DNA of 35,101 nt from NCBI RefSeq assembly GCF_001194135.2, contig NC_068983.1:13189678-13224778 (forward strand), written 5' to 3'. The first letter of the stretch is position 1, and each line of letters opens with the position of its first letter. Source of the DNA: Octopus bimaculoides (lineage: Eukaryota). Under the pieces are notes generated by a model, which had not been told where the DNA came from, searched no databases, and worked only from the letters and a program-made list of their open reading frames with translations. The position numbers were made by a program, and so were the translations under genes. Of the stretch, positions 1-11,789 are shown piece after piece.

Positions 1-40
1 CTCTCACTCTCTCTCTCTCACTCTCTCTCTCTCTCTCACT
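1..40. repeat. (CT)n microsatellite
   Basis: Direct inspection. Confidence 0.95.
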
Positions 41-116
41 ATTTCATTCCTCCCAACTCACTGCCTTCTGTGCGTGTTTTGTGAGTCTGCACATCTACAT
101 ATGTGAGTGTATGTGT

Positions 117-455
117 GGAGGCGCAATGGCCCAGTGGTTAGGGAAGCGGACTCGCGGTCGCAGGATCGCGGCTTCGATTTCCAGACCGGACGTTGTGAGT
201 GCTTAATGAGCGAAAACACCTCAAACTTCACGAGGCTCCGGCAGGGGATGGCGGTGAACCCCACTGTACTATTTCACCACAACTTTCTCTCAATCTTTCT
301 TCTTGTTTCTGTTGTACCATTATTTCAAAGGGCCAGCCTTGTCCCACACTGTCAGGCTGAATCTCCCCGAGAACTATATTAAGGGTGCACGTGTCTGTGG
401 AGTGTTCAACCACTTGCATGTTAATTTCACGAGCAGGCTGTTCCGTTGATCGGAT
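117..455 (+). mobile_element. tRNA-derived SINE, type A (GGAGGCGCAATGGCCCAGTGG head), 3' end lost in N gap
   Basis: A box TGGCCCAGTGG and B-box-like GCTTCGATTTCC; collinear with copies at 9135, 13544 and 17069. Confidence 0.9.
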
Positions 456-699
456 NNNNNNNNNNTCAATATATCAACATTACCTAGAATTTTTCTTTAA
501 AATTCTCTACGTCGATGATATCCACAAGATAAACTCTGATCAAGCAGAGCAATGGTGAAAAATCAATCCATCCGAGCCCATCCTGTTTTCTATTCAGAAA
601 TAATGCAAGTACGACAGTATGATCCAGTGTATCCGCATTTCAGTGGGTTGTATGTGATTTCAAGGATATTTAGTTGTTAATTCTCGTAGGGTGACCTAC

Positions 700-2900
700 T
701 ATGTAAAGAGTGCTTCCACTGTACTATATTCTGTTATTCACGTACGTGCATTCTAGGGTTTTGTTATGTTTACATACATCCCTTACTATCATTTCTGAGG
801 CACCAATTATTAAGATTATATCTGTATCCAATCCTCACATTCTGGATATCTCTATATCTAAGTTTCTTTTTCAGTAACATGGTATCTTCTCTCAATAATA
901 CACACAGATACACACATACATGCATACAGACACATATATGCATACACACACACACACTGGTGCACATATACGAACATACATACACGCACCTCTGCATTCA
1001 CACGCATATCCATACATATATACATACATACATACATACATGCATACATACGTATGTACTTGTTTGTATCTGTGTATGAGCGTGTGTGTATGTGTGAGTA
1101 TGTAGGTTGCCTTTCTTTGAAATAATATGTCAATTAGGAAACGTATTCTCGGAATGGACTTGAAGTATAATAGTTGGGCTATTTTCCAGCTTTGAATCCC
1201 GGGGTTCTCTGCCAGAGCTGAGCGTTTTCTTTATACACATCTAGTATGTTTAATCTTGCCAATTCTTAACATGACATATTCTAGTTTCATACATAGTTTT
1301 AAGTTGTCGGAGTTTTTTCATTACATTTTGTTATTATTTCTCCATCTTCATCACAGCTGGGTGTTATCCCAGCGTCTGTTCTATATTTCTATTTTGTTGG
1401 CTTCTCTCGATACAAAAACCAGTTATTTTATTATGTTTCATTCTATTTTACTACTTTATTTTGTTCTTAATGCGTTGTAGCAATCTGTATTACTTTTCAA
1501 AAATATTTAACTAAATGTGTTTTTGTTTCTTATTCCTACAGTAAAATATATTAGAACACTAGTTTTTTCTTAGTTGCAAAATAATTCTGTCTCACTGAAC
1601 ACACTAGAAATATAAATTTTAGAAACGATTATTTTTTATTTATTTCATTGTTTGCTGTATTTTCTAATGTGTGTACGTAAACGTTTACTTAAGAGCCAGG
1701 TGAGGAATATTCGAAGTGTAACTTATTAATGGAATAGCAAGAATTTTGAAACCTATTACGTTATTAATTTATTACAATTTAGAAATATGTATTTCAAGTA
1801 TCATTCTTATATATATCTATAATATTAATAATTCTCTAAGAGGTTGTTTCATTCTGAGTGTTGTAAGTATTTATAAGTCTGTATTTCGTGTAATTCTCTT
1901 ATTTCTCTTTCTTTATTGAACGTACGTTTGCTGGATTTTAACGTATATTATTTTTGCTCCGGTGATCTTGATGTTCTTTCTAAACGGAATTCATATCATT
2001 TTCACAACTGACTTTGTTACATCGTATTTAACGAATGTTCGGTTAGTTGAAATCTTCAGCAGTGAACGACAGATGCAGTTACTCCGCTGAATGATTGGCA
2101 CTAAATCATTCTTGTGGCAGAATCTTTTTATGACTTTGATTAATGTGTTCGTATAAGAGAGAAATTGAATGGATAAATCGAATTATCTGTGAATCGTTCT
2201 TTGCTTTATAAAGATAGTCCGGTTCCTTCCTTTGCGTGTAACTTACCACTCTCTTATTTATTCTTTACATACAAACAATATTTCTTCCTATTAATGATTT
2301 CAGAAGTGTATCAAGAATTTCATTTGTCACATAAAAAAACACTTAGCCATATTCATGCATATATTTAAGGTTAAATGTATATCCTGAGAAGAAACACAAC
2401 ATTTATAAACCCTAGTTATATTTTGTGAAACGTACATATGTCTATTCTTATTGGTAGACTTGTAAATCTAACAGAAATAGGTATACATAATTATGGTTGT
2501 GGTAATTACTGTTTGATTGAGGGAAAATTAAGCAAATAAAATGTTTTTTGCGATATACATCTCTTGGAGGAGCTGGGACTTATTACTAGGGTCATGCAAC
2601 ATCAGAAACCCTCACCTAGGCAAACCACAGTTTTGGGGTCTAATTGAGATCACTGCATTAGGACAAAGGCGTTTTCTCAGATCATATACCTACACTGAAG
2701 CCTTTCTTTTGTGTGTGCTATACTCGTGTTTTTCTTTAATTCCGAAACGTTTCTAAGTCTGTCTATGGTCTAATTCCGTTGCTTGTGTTTTCTAAATACT
2801 ATTGTGCACTTTTAATTATTTCCATCCTTCTTCGCCAAGATAAATATTTCTAAATCAAATTATATATAATTCCTTCTAAGAATCTGTATATATTAATTTT
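700..2900 (-). mobile_element. Heavily decayed R4/Dong-clade non-LTR retrotransposon (RT + C-terminal restriction-like endonuclease region); may extend to ~3900
   Basis: Minus-strand translation across stops and frameshifts gives ordered motifs: QP*LCIP (~2470-2490, NYRPITCLP-like), EIRELHEIQTYKYL (~1867-1906), KILAIPLISYTSNI (~1708-1748), DVYKENAQLWQRTPGFKAG (~1186-1241), NLDIEISRM*GLDTDIILIIGAS (~797-862). The last is homologous to DLEIEVTRMWNLKTETIPIIVGAL at 31.55 kb. Confidence 0.75.
900..1105. repeat. Compound (CA)/(TACA)/(TG) microsatellite interrupting the LINE remnant
   Basis: Direct inspection. Confidence 0.9.
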
Positions 2901-4391
2901 AACCACATTTTGAAGTGATTATCTACAACGTCCAAGTTGAGATCCACTACACCCAAAGGACAATTGTGTCTTTCCGTAGCATTTCTATTCGTGTTCAGTC
3001 TGAAATAGATGAAATAGCATCGTGGTATAGAGTATGTTTAGTATATTGTTTTTCAAATATTTACTGGTTTCGTTAATTTGGACAACTTGCTCTTTAGATA
3101 GTATTTGCAGATTGTATGCTGTGTTCTTATGGCACATATAATGTATTGTAAGATATTAGCAGCACGAACGTACTAAAATTTTCTAGAATCCATAGTCAAG
3201 GATTAGGTTTTCTGATAGACAAATCATTCAATGCTCAGAACATACATTCTGTTACTAACTTACGGAATATGGCATATTTTGATCAGTAATTGAACTTACA
3301 ACCATATGATGTCATTGCTCTAGAACCTTTTGATCTGTTGAAGTCAGTTCTCTTCCTCATGTTATAATTTATCTTCCGATCTATTAGAGTAATCAAGCTT
3401 TGTAAACTGCTACTGACACAAAGGATATGAATCCTTCGTTTCAGGGAATTGTTAATTTTTGTTTTTCACTCTAGAAAATTAAAGTGAATTTTCCCTCAAT
3501 GTTCTTTCAGATATTTTTCTTTCTGCTTCTCTTTTCAAATTTTTCAAATATTTTCCAGTCACTTTGTGTCTACCTACTTTACCCAGAATATTCAAACTGC
3601 ATCACATCCTGATGCATTCTTATTGTTTCCTTCGCTTAGGCTTCACGCAGAAAATATTTCTTCAGTCCATTGTTCAGACGCTGCACATTCATATCCGTCG
3701 CGTTCCATTCTTTCTCTTTATATTTACGCACCTCCTTATACTTCAACTACTTTTCTTGCCATTGGCTATATATTGATTTAAACTTTTTTTTTAATCTAGC
3801 ATTTCGGATTGTGGTCAAACAATTTCTTTTGTAAAAGTAATCTTTGTCGCTTTTCGTAAAAAAATGAATTCTTTCCGATGTTTCAAGGATCCATAATTGT
3901 AGACGCTTCGTTTCTGTTTTTTATAGTTGGAATACGACTGATATTGTTCTGTTATAATGGTGTAGTATTCGTCTTTATTTCTATTTGCGTTTATACACTA
4001 TTGATTTCATTCAAACTTGAGACATATTTCATTATATATATNNNNNNNNNNNNNNNNNNNNNNNNNNNNNNNNNNNNNNNNNNNNNNNNNNNNNNNNNNN
4101 NNNNNNNNNNNNNNNNNNNNNNNNNNNNNNNNNNNNNNNNNNNNNNNNNNNNNNNNNNNNNNNNNNNNNNNNNNNNNNNNNNNNNNNNNNNNNNNNNNNN
4201 NNNNNNNNNNNNNNNNNNNNNNNNNNNNNNNNNNNNNNNNNNNNNNNNNNNNNNNNNNNNNNNNNNNNNNNNNNNNNNNNNNNNNNNNNNNNNNNNNNNN
4301 NNNNNNNNNNNNNNNNNNNNNNNNNNNNNNNNNNNNNNNNNNNNNNNNNNNNNNNNNNNNNNNNNNNNNNNNNNNNNNNNNNNNNNNNNNN

Positions 4392-4450
<59 letters not shown>
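4392..4450. repeat. (TG)n microsatellite bordering N gap 4042-4391
   Basis: Direct inspection. Confidence 0.95.
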
Positions 4451-4456
<6 letters not shown>

Positions 4457-4763
4457 ATATACCATTCTGTTTGCAATCCACAGTTGTTTCCCTTGGTGTA
4501 AATATTCCTGTCTGTCTTTCTGAGGAAGAACACGTTCTGCTTTCTAGCTACTGTGTCTGCTGCATATATTGTTTCATTTATCCGACGAATACATACGTTT
4601 GTATCTGCTTTCGTTAAATCTATAAGAGCCAACATAACGCTTATTCTTTTATTTATTGCTATTGCAACATCATTATTGCAATTAAGATTTCGGCCGTTTC
4701 CTTCTATATAAAACGTATATGAATTTCAAACTCTTCCCTATTTATATTTATCAATTCGAAGAT

Positions 4764-5076
4764 GAAGGCGCGTGGCTTAGGTATTAGGGGCATTCAATCA
4801 TGATCGTAAGGTCGTGAGTTGGCTTTACGGCGGCGCGTTGCGTCCTCGGACAAGACACTTTATTTCACGTTGCACCCGTCCACTCAACTGGCAAAAACGA
4901 GTGGCTTCAAATGGCCAACCTTGTCACACTGTGTCACGTTGAATCTCCCGAAGAACTACGTTAAGGGTACACGTGCCTGTAGAGTGTTCAGCCACTTGCA
5001 CGTTAATTTCAGGAACAGGCTGTTCCGTCGATCGGATCAAATGGAACCCTTGCCGTCAAAACCGACGGAGAGTGCC
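4764..5076 (+). mobile_element. tRNA-derived CORE-like SINE with a different head but the same ~190-bp 3' tail as type A
   Basis: Head GGCGCGTGGCTTAG..., CORE-like GCGTCCTCGGACAAGACACTTTATTTCACGTTGC, then tail CCTTGTCACACTGTGTCACG...GACGGAGAGTGCC matching type A. Confidence 0.85.
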
Positions 5077-5283
5077 AGTGACTATAAATTCGAAATTGTC
5101 CATCTTTAGTATATATTATATCTTTGAGTATCTTTCCCTGTATGATTTTATTTACAGCTTCATTCGTGGTGGTCTGGCACAGTTTATGCTCACCAATATC
5201 CTGTAGACACAGTACGGTTTGCTTTCGTTGTATTGTCTTAATGTATTGTCCCATAGTACTCTTCTTAATATCAAACATCTTTA

Positions 5284-5516
5284 AGGTGACGAACTGGCAG
5301 AACCGTTAGCACGCCGGGCGAAATGCTTAGCGGTATTTCGTCTACCGCTACGTTCTGAGTTCAAATTCTGCCCAGGTCGACTTTGCCTTTCATCTTTTCG
5401 GGGTCGATTAAATAAGTACCAGTTACGCACTGGGTTCGATGTAATCGACTTAATCCGTTTGTCTGCCCTTGTTTGTCCCCTCTGTGTGTAGCCCCTTGAG
5501 GGCAGTAAAGAAATGA
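5284..5516 (+). mobile_element. tRNA-derived SINE type C (Meta-domain-like centre), tail variant 1
   Basis: Head GG(C/T)GA(C/G)CTGGCAGAA..GTTAGC, B-box-like GAGTTCAAATTC, centre GTCGACTTTGCCTTTCATC..GGGGTCGAT..AGTACCAG, tail CCCCTCTGTGTGTAGCCCCTTG. Meta-domain assignment is from memory, not aligned. Confidence 0.85.
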
Positions 5517-5720
5517 GAATCTTTAGCACGCCGGGCAAAATCCTTACCGGCATTTCGCTCGTCTTTATATTCTGAGTTCAAATACCACCGAGATCGACTT
5601 TGCCTTTCATCCTTTCGGTGTGGATAAAACAGGCACCAGCTGAGCGCTTAGGCGGATGTTACCAATTTACCTCCTCCCCCAAAATTGCTGGCCGTGCACC
5701 AAAATTGGAAAGCAATATTA
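5517..5720 (+). mobile_element. SINE type C, tail variant 2, directly abutting the previous copy (5' end overlapped)
   Basis: GAGAATCTTTAGCACGCCGGGC... to AAATTGCTGGCCGTGCACCAAAATTGGAAAGC. Confidence 0.8.
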
Positions 5721-5914
5721 AGCAACTGTGATCACTACGTCGGAGAAAGTGGCACGTATGCTTTGAAAGTACAATGTTCCGATGACGATCCCAAGGTGCG
5801 TAGCTCTGCACAAGAGGGTTTTTCAATCATCTGAGAACAATTTAATATACATGCCTACATTCGTATACATTTGGTAGAACAAGTAGCATAAATACAATTC
5901 ATAACATGAATATG

Positions 5915-5916
5915 TG

Positions 5917-5978
<62 letters not shown>

Positions 5979-6032
5979 TGTTCTTCTTCTTCTTCTTCTT
6001 CTTATTATTATTATTATCATCACTATTATTAT
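5915..6032. repeat. (CA)n then (CTT)n/(TTA)n microsatellites
   Basis: Direct inspection. Confidence 0.95.
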
Positions 6033-6240
6033 TCAGTAGTTTTATTTTTATAGCATGCTTTCACTTCACTACCGAGCGCAGCTCTGTGTGCCTTGGGTAT
6101 GTGCTGTGGTTAGCTGTGATGCTCTTATGGTTATTGTATTTAAAGTGTTTTGCGTACGATGTGTGCAGTGCCCAGTAGTGCATTTTTTTGTATGTTATAT
6201 ATATTTGTAAGTCCTGGTGTTTTTGTCATGTATTCGTCTG
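6033..6240 (-). mobile_element. 5'-truncated 3' fragment of young R4/Dong-like LINE (ORF end + 3' UTR)
   Basis: Reverse complement is roughly 90-93% identical by eye to 31633-31841; encodes ...YMTKTPGLTNIYNIQKNALLGTAHIVRKTL; sense-strand (TAA)n on both sides. Confidence 0.9.
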
Positions 6241-6285
<45 letters not shown>

Positions 6286-6300
6286 GTTATCATTATTATA
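6241..6300. repeat. (ATT)n microsatellite
   Basis: Direct inspection. Confidence 0.95.
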
Positions 6301-6307
6301 TGCCTTC

Positions 6308-6470
6308 CTGCATTTCGTCTGTCTTTATGTGCTGAGTTCAAATTCCGCCGAGGTCGACTTTGCCTTTTATCCTTTCGACCCCAGAAATTTGAACGCAGAA
6401 TCTGGCGATGAGCAAAAAAGCTGCTAAGCAGTTCGCCCGACGTACTAACGATTGTGCCAGCTCGCCGCCA
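6308..6470. mobile_element. Inverted fusion of two SINE type C fragments (+ fragment 6308-6377, - fragment 6375-6470)
   Basis: + strand ...GAGTTCAAATTCCGCCGAGGTCGACTTTGCCTTTTATCCTTTCG joins at TCGA to minus-strand TCGACCCCAGAAATTTGAAC...TGCCAGCTCGCCGCC. Confidence 0.75.
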
Positions 6471-6486
6471 TATCAATGATAATTAT

Positions 6487-6629
6487 AATCCTTTCTACTA
6501 AAAGCAAAAGATCTGAAATTTGGTGGGAGCGAAATAGTCATTAACACCGACCCCAGCGTGTCATTGGTTCTTAATTTATCGACCACGAAAGGATGAATGG
6601 CAAAGTCAACCCTCGCAGAATTTAAACTC
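6487..6629 (-). mobile_element. SINE type C, 5'-truncated, tail variant 2
   Basis: ATCCTTTCTACTA...TTTATCGACCACGAAAGGATGAATGGCAAAGTCAACC. Confidence 0.8.
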
Positions 6630-6989
6630 TATTATGCTGAGAGATTTTCCAACTGTAACGGAGCATCATTTTTTCATATCCAAACTATATGGAAAGTTGT
6701 AATATGATCCAAAGTGCCGTTGTTTTTAAAATGTTGGCGAGTGATTTTTAAAAGATCTTACTCTTAAAGAATTCCTACGATTCTGCGTATTGTATAACAT
6801 TGCTCTTTTAAAATTCAATCACCCAAACGGTGACCAGGTCACACAGCTAATAAGCTTTGCGCATATTTGTTGTTGTGGCTACAGTTATTGTTAATCCCAA
6901 TTCAAAAGTCTTTCATGAAACCTATTTTAAATTTACTTTGAATCCGTGACTTTTATCACATATTCTAATTGCGCAGAGTACGCAGAATT

Positions 6990-7700
6990 AAATGTCTCCA
7001 TTTTTCTTTTCTTTTCTAATGTCGTTTGGTAGTAATCTAAGGGAGATTTGGCTATAGTTTCTAGATTCTGAATGATCCTATATAGCTTCCGTTAGTTATC
7101 TCCTACATTAGTCGTTCAATCCTATTATAACACGTGACGTTGACTCCATTAAAGCAACACGATATTTGCATTCCTTTTCATACATAACATCTGTTCGAAT
7201 ATTTGATTTCTTTAAATCCATTTTTCATTTGTCTTATTATTGAATTCTTGTATCAGTGATCTCACAAATGTCAGTAATATAATCTACACATGCTTCAAGT
7301 ATTTGTTCCTTATACAGAATAATAGTGTTAATTTCTGCCAGCAAGAACTCATTTGATCTGCACGTGTTTCTTTTCTTCCAGACGTCTTGAATCTCATATA
7401 TTTTTGCTTGTTTTATTTTTCTTCTGAATCAGAAGCTTTGATCTTTTTCTATGAGTTCTCACATCTTCTTTGCGTCAAATTTGTTTTGGTCGTACTTTTC
7501 TATTTCGTTATTTCTGCTTTTCTAGGTTAATCTTGTTTTTAATTTTCTTTTCGCCGTGTAGCGTGATATCTGTTCAATTTCATTTTCTTTTCTCTCACAT
7601 CGTAATTTTTCTCGTTTTATTTTCTTTAAATCCTACCGCAAAGCTGTCAAAACAAATGCTTTCTTGAGACCATTTTATAGTAGCTTCTATTTTACAACGC
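6990..7700 (-). mobile_element. Second decayed R4/Dong-like LINE remnant (pre-RT / start of RT); may extend to ~8250
   Basis: Minus-strand DQNKFDAKKM*ELIEK (~7445-7491), IYEIQDVWKK (~7372-7400), ESRNYSQISLRLLP (~7026-7068) resemble the RQNKIFESDAKKFYREL / EVEDFWKK / NYRPITCLP blocks typical of this clade; A-rich sense strand. Confidence 0.6.
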
Positions 7701-8276
7701 AGACGTATTCTCTTTGATGTACCGAATTAGATTGTAGAGCTTTAAATTTTTAGAAGTTTCCTTTTCTCATTCTTGCTATAGATTTAACGTTTTTAATTAT
7801 ATTTAATCTTAATGGCATAATCCAATTTAACGACTTTTAATCAAAGTTGCATTAATTTCGGTAAGTGATTTCATAAATTATTTCAATTAGATACGAATTA
7901 ATCATATACTATATGAAGAGCGATAGGCAGATTCATTTGAGTGCTAAATAAAATGTTGCATTATTTACCTACATTCCTTTGCATTCTGATTTCAAATTGC
8001 ACTGGTTCTTTTTATTACCTTTCATTCTTAATAGAATTTCAAAAATTAAAATTTGACCTACTGACATCTATTTCTCAAAATAATTTTTGCTGGTTTGCAT
8101 TTCTTTATCAGCACAACATTCCAGTTGTGTGAATTGTGTATATATTTATCTAAACTATCTTCACTGAAAATTTCTAAATATATAACTAACATTTTGGTAA
8201 ATTGGCGTTCTATGAAATATTTGCTACACCTGAAATAAAGAACAAGCCATTACATGCATCTGTTATTTCTCTTTTC

Positions 8277-8676
8277 TTTTACTTGTTTTAGTCATCAGAC
8301 TGCGGCCATGCTTGGGCACCGCCTTCAATTTTTAGTCGAATGAATTTACCCCAGTACTTCCTTTTTAAGCAAGGTACTTATTCTATCGTTGTCTTTTGTC
8401 GAACCGCTATGTTACGGAAACAGAAACACACCAACATCGGTTGCCAAGCGGTGATGGCGGGGCAAATACAGACACAAATACATACACACATAGATATATA
8501 TATTTGTATATATACGACGGCCTTTTTTCACTTTCTGTCAATGAAATCCACTCACTAGGTTTTAATCGGCCCAAGGCTATAGTAGAGGACACTTACCCAT
8601 GATGCTACGCAGTGAGACTGACACGGAACCATGTGAATGCCAAGCAAACTTCTTATCCCACAGCCACGCACGCGCC
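8277..8676 (-). mobile_element. Full-length CORE-like SINE type B (head + CORE, short internal TA/TG spacer, ~200-bp tail)
   Basis: Head (minus) GGCGCGTGCGTGGCTGTGGGATAAG...; CORE-like segment ~8570-8610; spacer ~8480-8515; tail ...GGTGCCCAAGCATGGCCGCAGTC..AAACAAGT. Confidence 0.85.
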
Positions 8677-9134
8677 TATTTGTTTTACTTGGCATATACA
8701 AACATTACCAGTACTATCAAACTGTTCATGAAGTGACGCTTTAAATTCAAGAACACACATTAAATACTAGTTGACCCCGTGTCGTCAAAAATGACGGTTA
8801 ATTGTAGTATTTCATATATAAATAAAGTACAAAACCAATTTTAGTAATTCTTTTACTACCAAATTTATAATATACCTTTTAACTGCAGTCGTTTTATATT
8901 CCTGATACACACAGGCAATAATTATTTTCTCTAATAAGCGTATATATGTATATGCTTGTATAGATGTGTGTGATTGTAATAATCATTATTAACAAAACAA
9001 ATACAATATATATGGTAAATCAAATTAATACACTTGTAAATGTTATCTACTGGTTGTCATCTATTTATTTTTTTACTGATGGAACGCTGGTTCACACATA
9101 CATTCATATACTTCCTTTGTACACTCACACACGT

Positions 9135-9514
9135 GGAGGCCCAGCGGTTAGAGCAGCGGACTTGCGGTTATAGGATCGCGGTTTCGATTCCCAGACCGGG
9201 CGTTGTGAGTGTTTATTGAGCGAAAACACCTAAAGCTCCACGAGGCTCCGGCAGGGGATGGTGGCGAACCCTGCTGTACTCTTTCACCACAACTTTCTCT
9301 CACTCTTACTTCTTGTTTCTGTTGTGCCTGTAATTCAAAGGGCCAGCCTTGTCACACGGTGTCACGCTGAATCACCCCAAGAACTACGTTAAGGGTACAC
9401 GTGTCTGTAGAGTGCTCAATCACTTGCACGTTAATTTCACGAGCATGCTGTTCCGTTGATCGGATCAACTGGAACCCTCGACGTCGTAAGCGACGGAGTG
9501 CCAACAACAACAAC
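9135..9514 (+). mobile_element. SINE type A, full length, with (CAA)n tail and a small deletion in the A box
   Basis: GGAGGC^CCAGCGG (GCAATGG missing relative to other copies), B box GTTTCGATTCCC, end GACGGAGTGCC-(AAC)4. Confidence 0.95.
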
Positions 9515-9830
9515 ACTCACATACATACACATATATATTCACACAGATTTGAAACGCTGATTCTCTTTCGCCGTAGAATTTCCATCCTGCCACTACTAGT
9601 TTGCCATCACCCCTTCCTTCCTTATTCATCTATCACCCCGTAATTTCTCATTCGTATGTTTTGACGGAGAAAAAAGAAGTGTATTATTATAGTTGATAGT
9701 TCCCAAATTAGACAAGCTGCTTTGTGGAGATGTATGTCCATTTACAACCACTTAGTACTTTATAAGGAAACAGTCATATTGACTTTCAAATCAATAAATA
9801 TGGTTAATTAATATGTTATATGTAACATAA

Positions 9831-9975
9831 GGTGGCGAGCCGGTGGGATCGTTAGCACGCCAGACAAAATGTTTAGCGGCATTTCGTCCGTCTTTACTTT
9901 CTGAGTGTCAGTTGTGAAGTAATTCACTTAAGCCTTTCACCGAATTTGCTGGCCTTGTGCCAACATTTTTAACTT
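9831..9975 (+). mobile_element. SINE type C, internally deleted
   Basis: Head GGTGGCGAGCCGGTGGGATCGTTAGCACGCC, tail AATTTGCTGGCCTTGTGCCAAC, centre missing. Confidence 0.75.
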
Positions 9976-10005
9976 ATATCATACGTGTGTGTGTGTGGGG
10001 GGGGG

Positions 10006-10236
10006 CGGTAGTCGCGTGGCCTAGTGGTTCGGCTATTACACTCACGATCTCTAGTTCGTCGGTTCGATTCCCATTCCGGTCAGCGCGTTCTGTTCTTGAG
10101 CAAAATAGTATATATCACGTTGCTCCAGTCCGCTTATGATCAAGAGAGAGTGTTGACATGCTCGCTTAACCAGTGCATTGTGATCAGCGATGTGTAACAG
10201 TATCTGATAGTCTGGTGGGTCACGAAATCACTTGAT
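10006..10236 (+). mobile_element. CORE-like SINE sharing head/CORE with 4764-5076 but with an unrelated tail
   Basis: A box TGGCCTAGTGG, B box GGTTCGATTCCC, CORE-like GTTCTTGAGCAAAA..TCACGTTGCTCCAGTCC, tail ..GTGTAACAGTATCTGATAGTCTGGTGGGTCACG. Confidence 0.75.
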
Positions 10237-10320
10237 GTCATATATATAACACGTTACAACTTTCAAAGAGATCGTGATAGCACTTTTTGATTGACATAAT
10301 TTATTATACTTACCAATATC

Positions 10321-10470
10321 TAGAGGGCACAAGACCAGCGACTTAAGAGAGGAGAAGGCTCGTCGAATACGTCGACCCCAGGAATTAACTGGTAACTTAT
10401 TCTATGAACCCAATATGTAGAAAGGGCGGAGATGATTCTGGCAATGTAGGACTTAGAACGCAACGAAATA
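10321..10470 (-). mobile_element. Old degenerate SINE type C
   Basis: GGCACAAGACCAGC...GTCGAATACGTCGACCCCAG..AACTGGTAACTTAT resembles type C tail 2 and centre. Confidence 0.55.
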
Positions 10471-10784
10471 CGGATGGCACTTTTTTTATGACTGAGTCCA
10501 CCGAACTTTACCCACATAAAACAACATCAATAATGTCCGCACTTTATTATGTTGTATTATGAGGACATTATCACTAAATGTTTACACAAACGCAGGAACT
10601 GAGAGCGAGCGAGAGAGGTAGAGAGAGAGCGAGCTGGGCGAGAAGTGAAAGTAAGAGAGTAAAAAAAATATCCTTTTATGGTTGAACATTGCAAAGTCAC
10701 GACATCAGGAGGAATGATACGTGACAATATCAAACATACATAAATTTTGCAAAACATTGAGGATTATGCATTATACACACAGGC

Positions 10785-11057
10785 ATGCATACGGACATAC
10801 ACAAACACATACACAAACACACATATATATGCAAATATATGTATATATCTCTTTTTACATACATACATGCATACCTATATGTTTGTGAATATATATGTGT
10901 AGATATATACACGCACAAACCCGCGCGCCTCCCCCCAAAATATATAATATATATATGCATATATATATACATATATATGCATATCTATTATACACATATA
11001 TGCATATATATATGTATATATATATATATGCATATGTGTTGTAAATGTATATATATA
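10785..11057. repeat. Degenerate (TA)/(CA) microsatellite running into N gap 11058-11616
   Basis: Direct inspection. Confidence 0.9.
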
Positions 11058-11619
11058 NNNNNNNNNNNNNNNNNNNNNNNNNNNNNNNNNNNNNNNNNNN
11101 NNNNNNNNNNNNNNNNNNNNNNNNNNNNNNNNNNNNNNNNNNNNNNNNNNNNNNNNNNNNNNNNNNNNNNNNNNNNNNNNNNNNNNNNNNNNNNNNNNNN
11201 NNNNNNNNNNNNNNNNNNNNNNNNNNNNNNNNNNNNNNNNNNNNNNNNNNNNNNNNNNNNNNNNNNNNNNNNNNNNNNNNNNNNNNNNNNNNNNNNNNNN
11301 NNNNNNNNNNNNNNNNNNNNNNNNNNNNNNNNNNNNNNNNNNNNNNNNNNNNNNNNNNNNNNNNNNNNNNNNNNNNNNNNNNNNNNNNNNNNNNNNNNNN
11401 NNNNNNNNNNNNNNNNNNNNNNNNNNNNNNNNNNNNNNNNNNNNNNNNNNNNNNNNNNNNNNNNNNNNNNNNNNNNNNNNNNNNNNNNNNNNNNNNNNNN
11501 NNNNNNNNNNNNNNNNNNNNNNNNNNNNNNNNNNNNNNNNNNNNNNNNNNNNNNNNNNNNNNNNNNNNNNNNNNNNNNNNNNNNNNNNNNNNNNNNNNNN
11601 NNNNNNNNNNNNNNNNATA

Positions 11620-11752
11620 TACGACGGGCTCCATTCAGTTTCAATCAAGCAAATCCACCCTCAAGGCTTTGGTCGGCCCGAGGCTATAGTAGAAGACACT
11701 TGCCCAAGGTGCTACGCAGTGGGACTGAACCCGGAACCATGTGGCTGGCTAG
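11620..11752 (-). mobile_element. SINE type B head/CORE portion
   Basis: GACGGGCTCC..TTTGGTCGGCCCGAGGCTATAGTAGAAGACACTTGCCCAAGGTGCTACGCAGTGGGACTGAACCCGGAACCATG. Confidence 0.9.
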
Positions 11753-11789
11753 AATAGCAAAAGTAAAGTAAAATATAGTGAATAATAAC

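Noticed and set aside
2695-2755. CTGAAG...CCGAAACGTT hammerhead-like spacing
   Set aside because: No pairing for stems I or II; lies antisense inside the LINE remnant.
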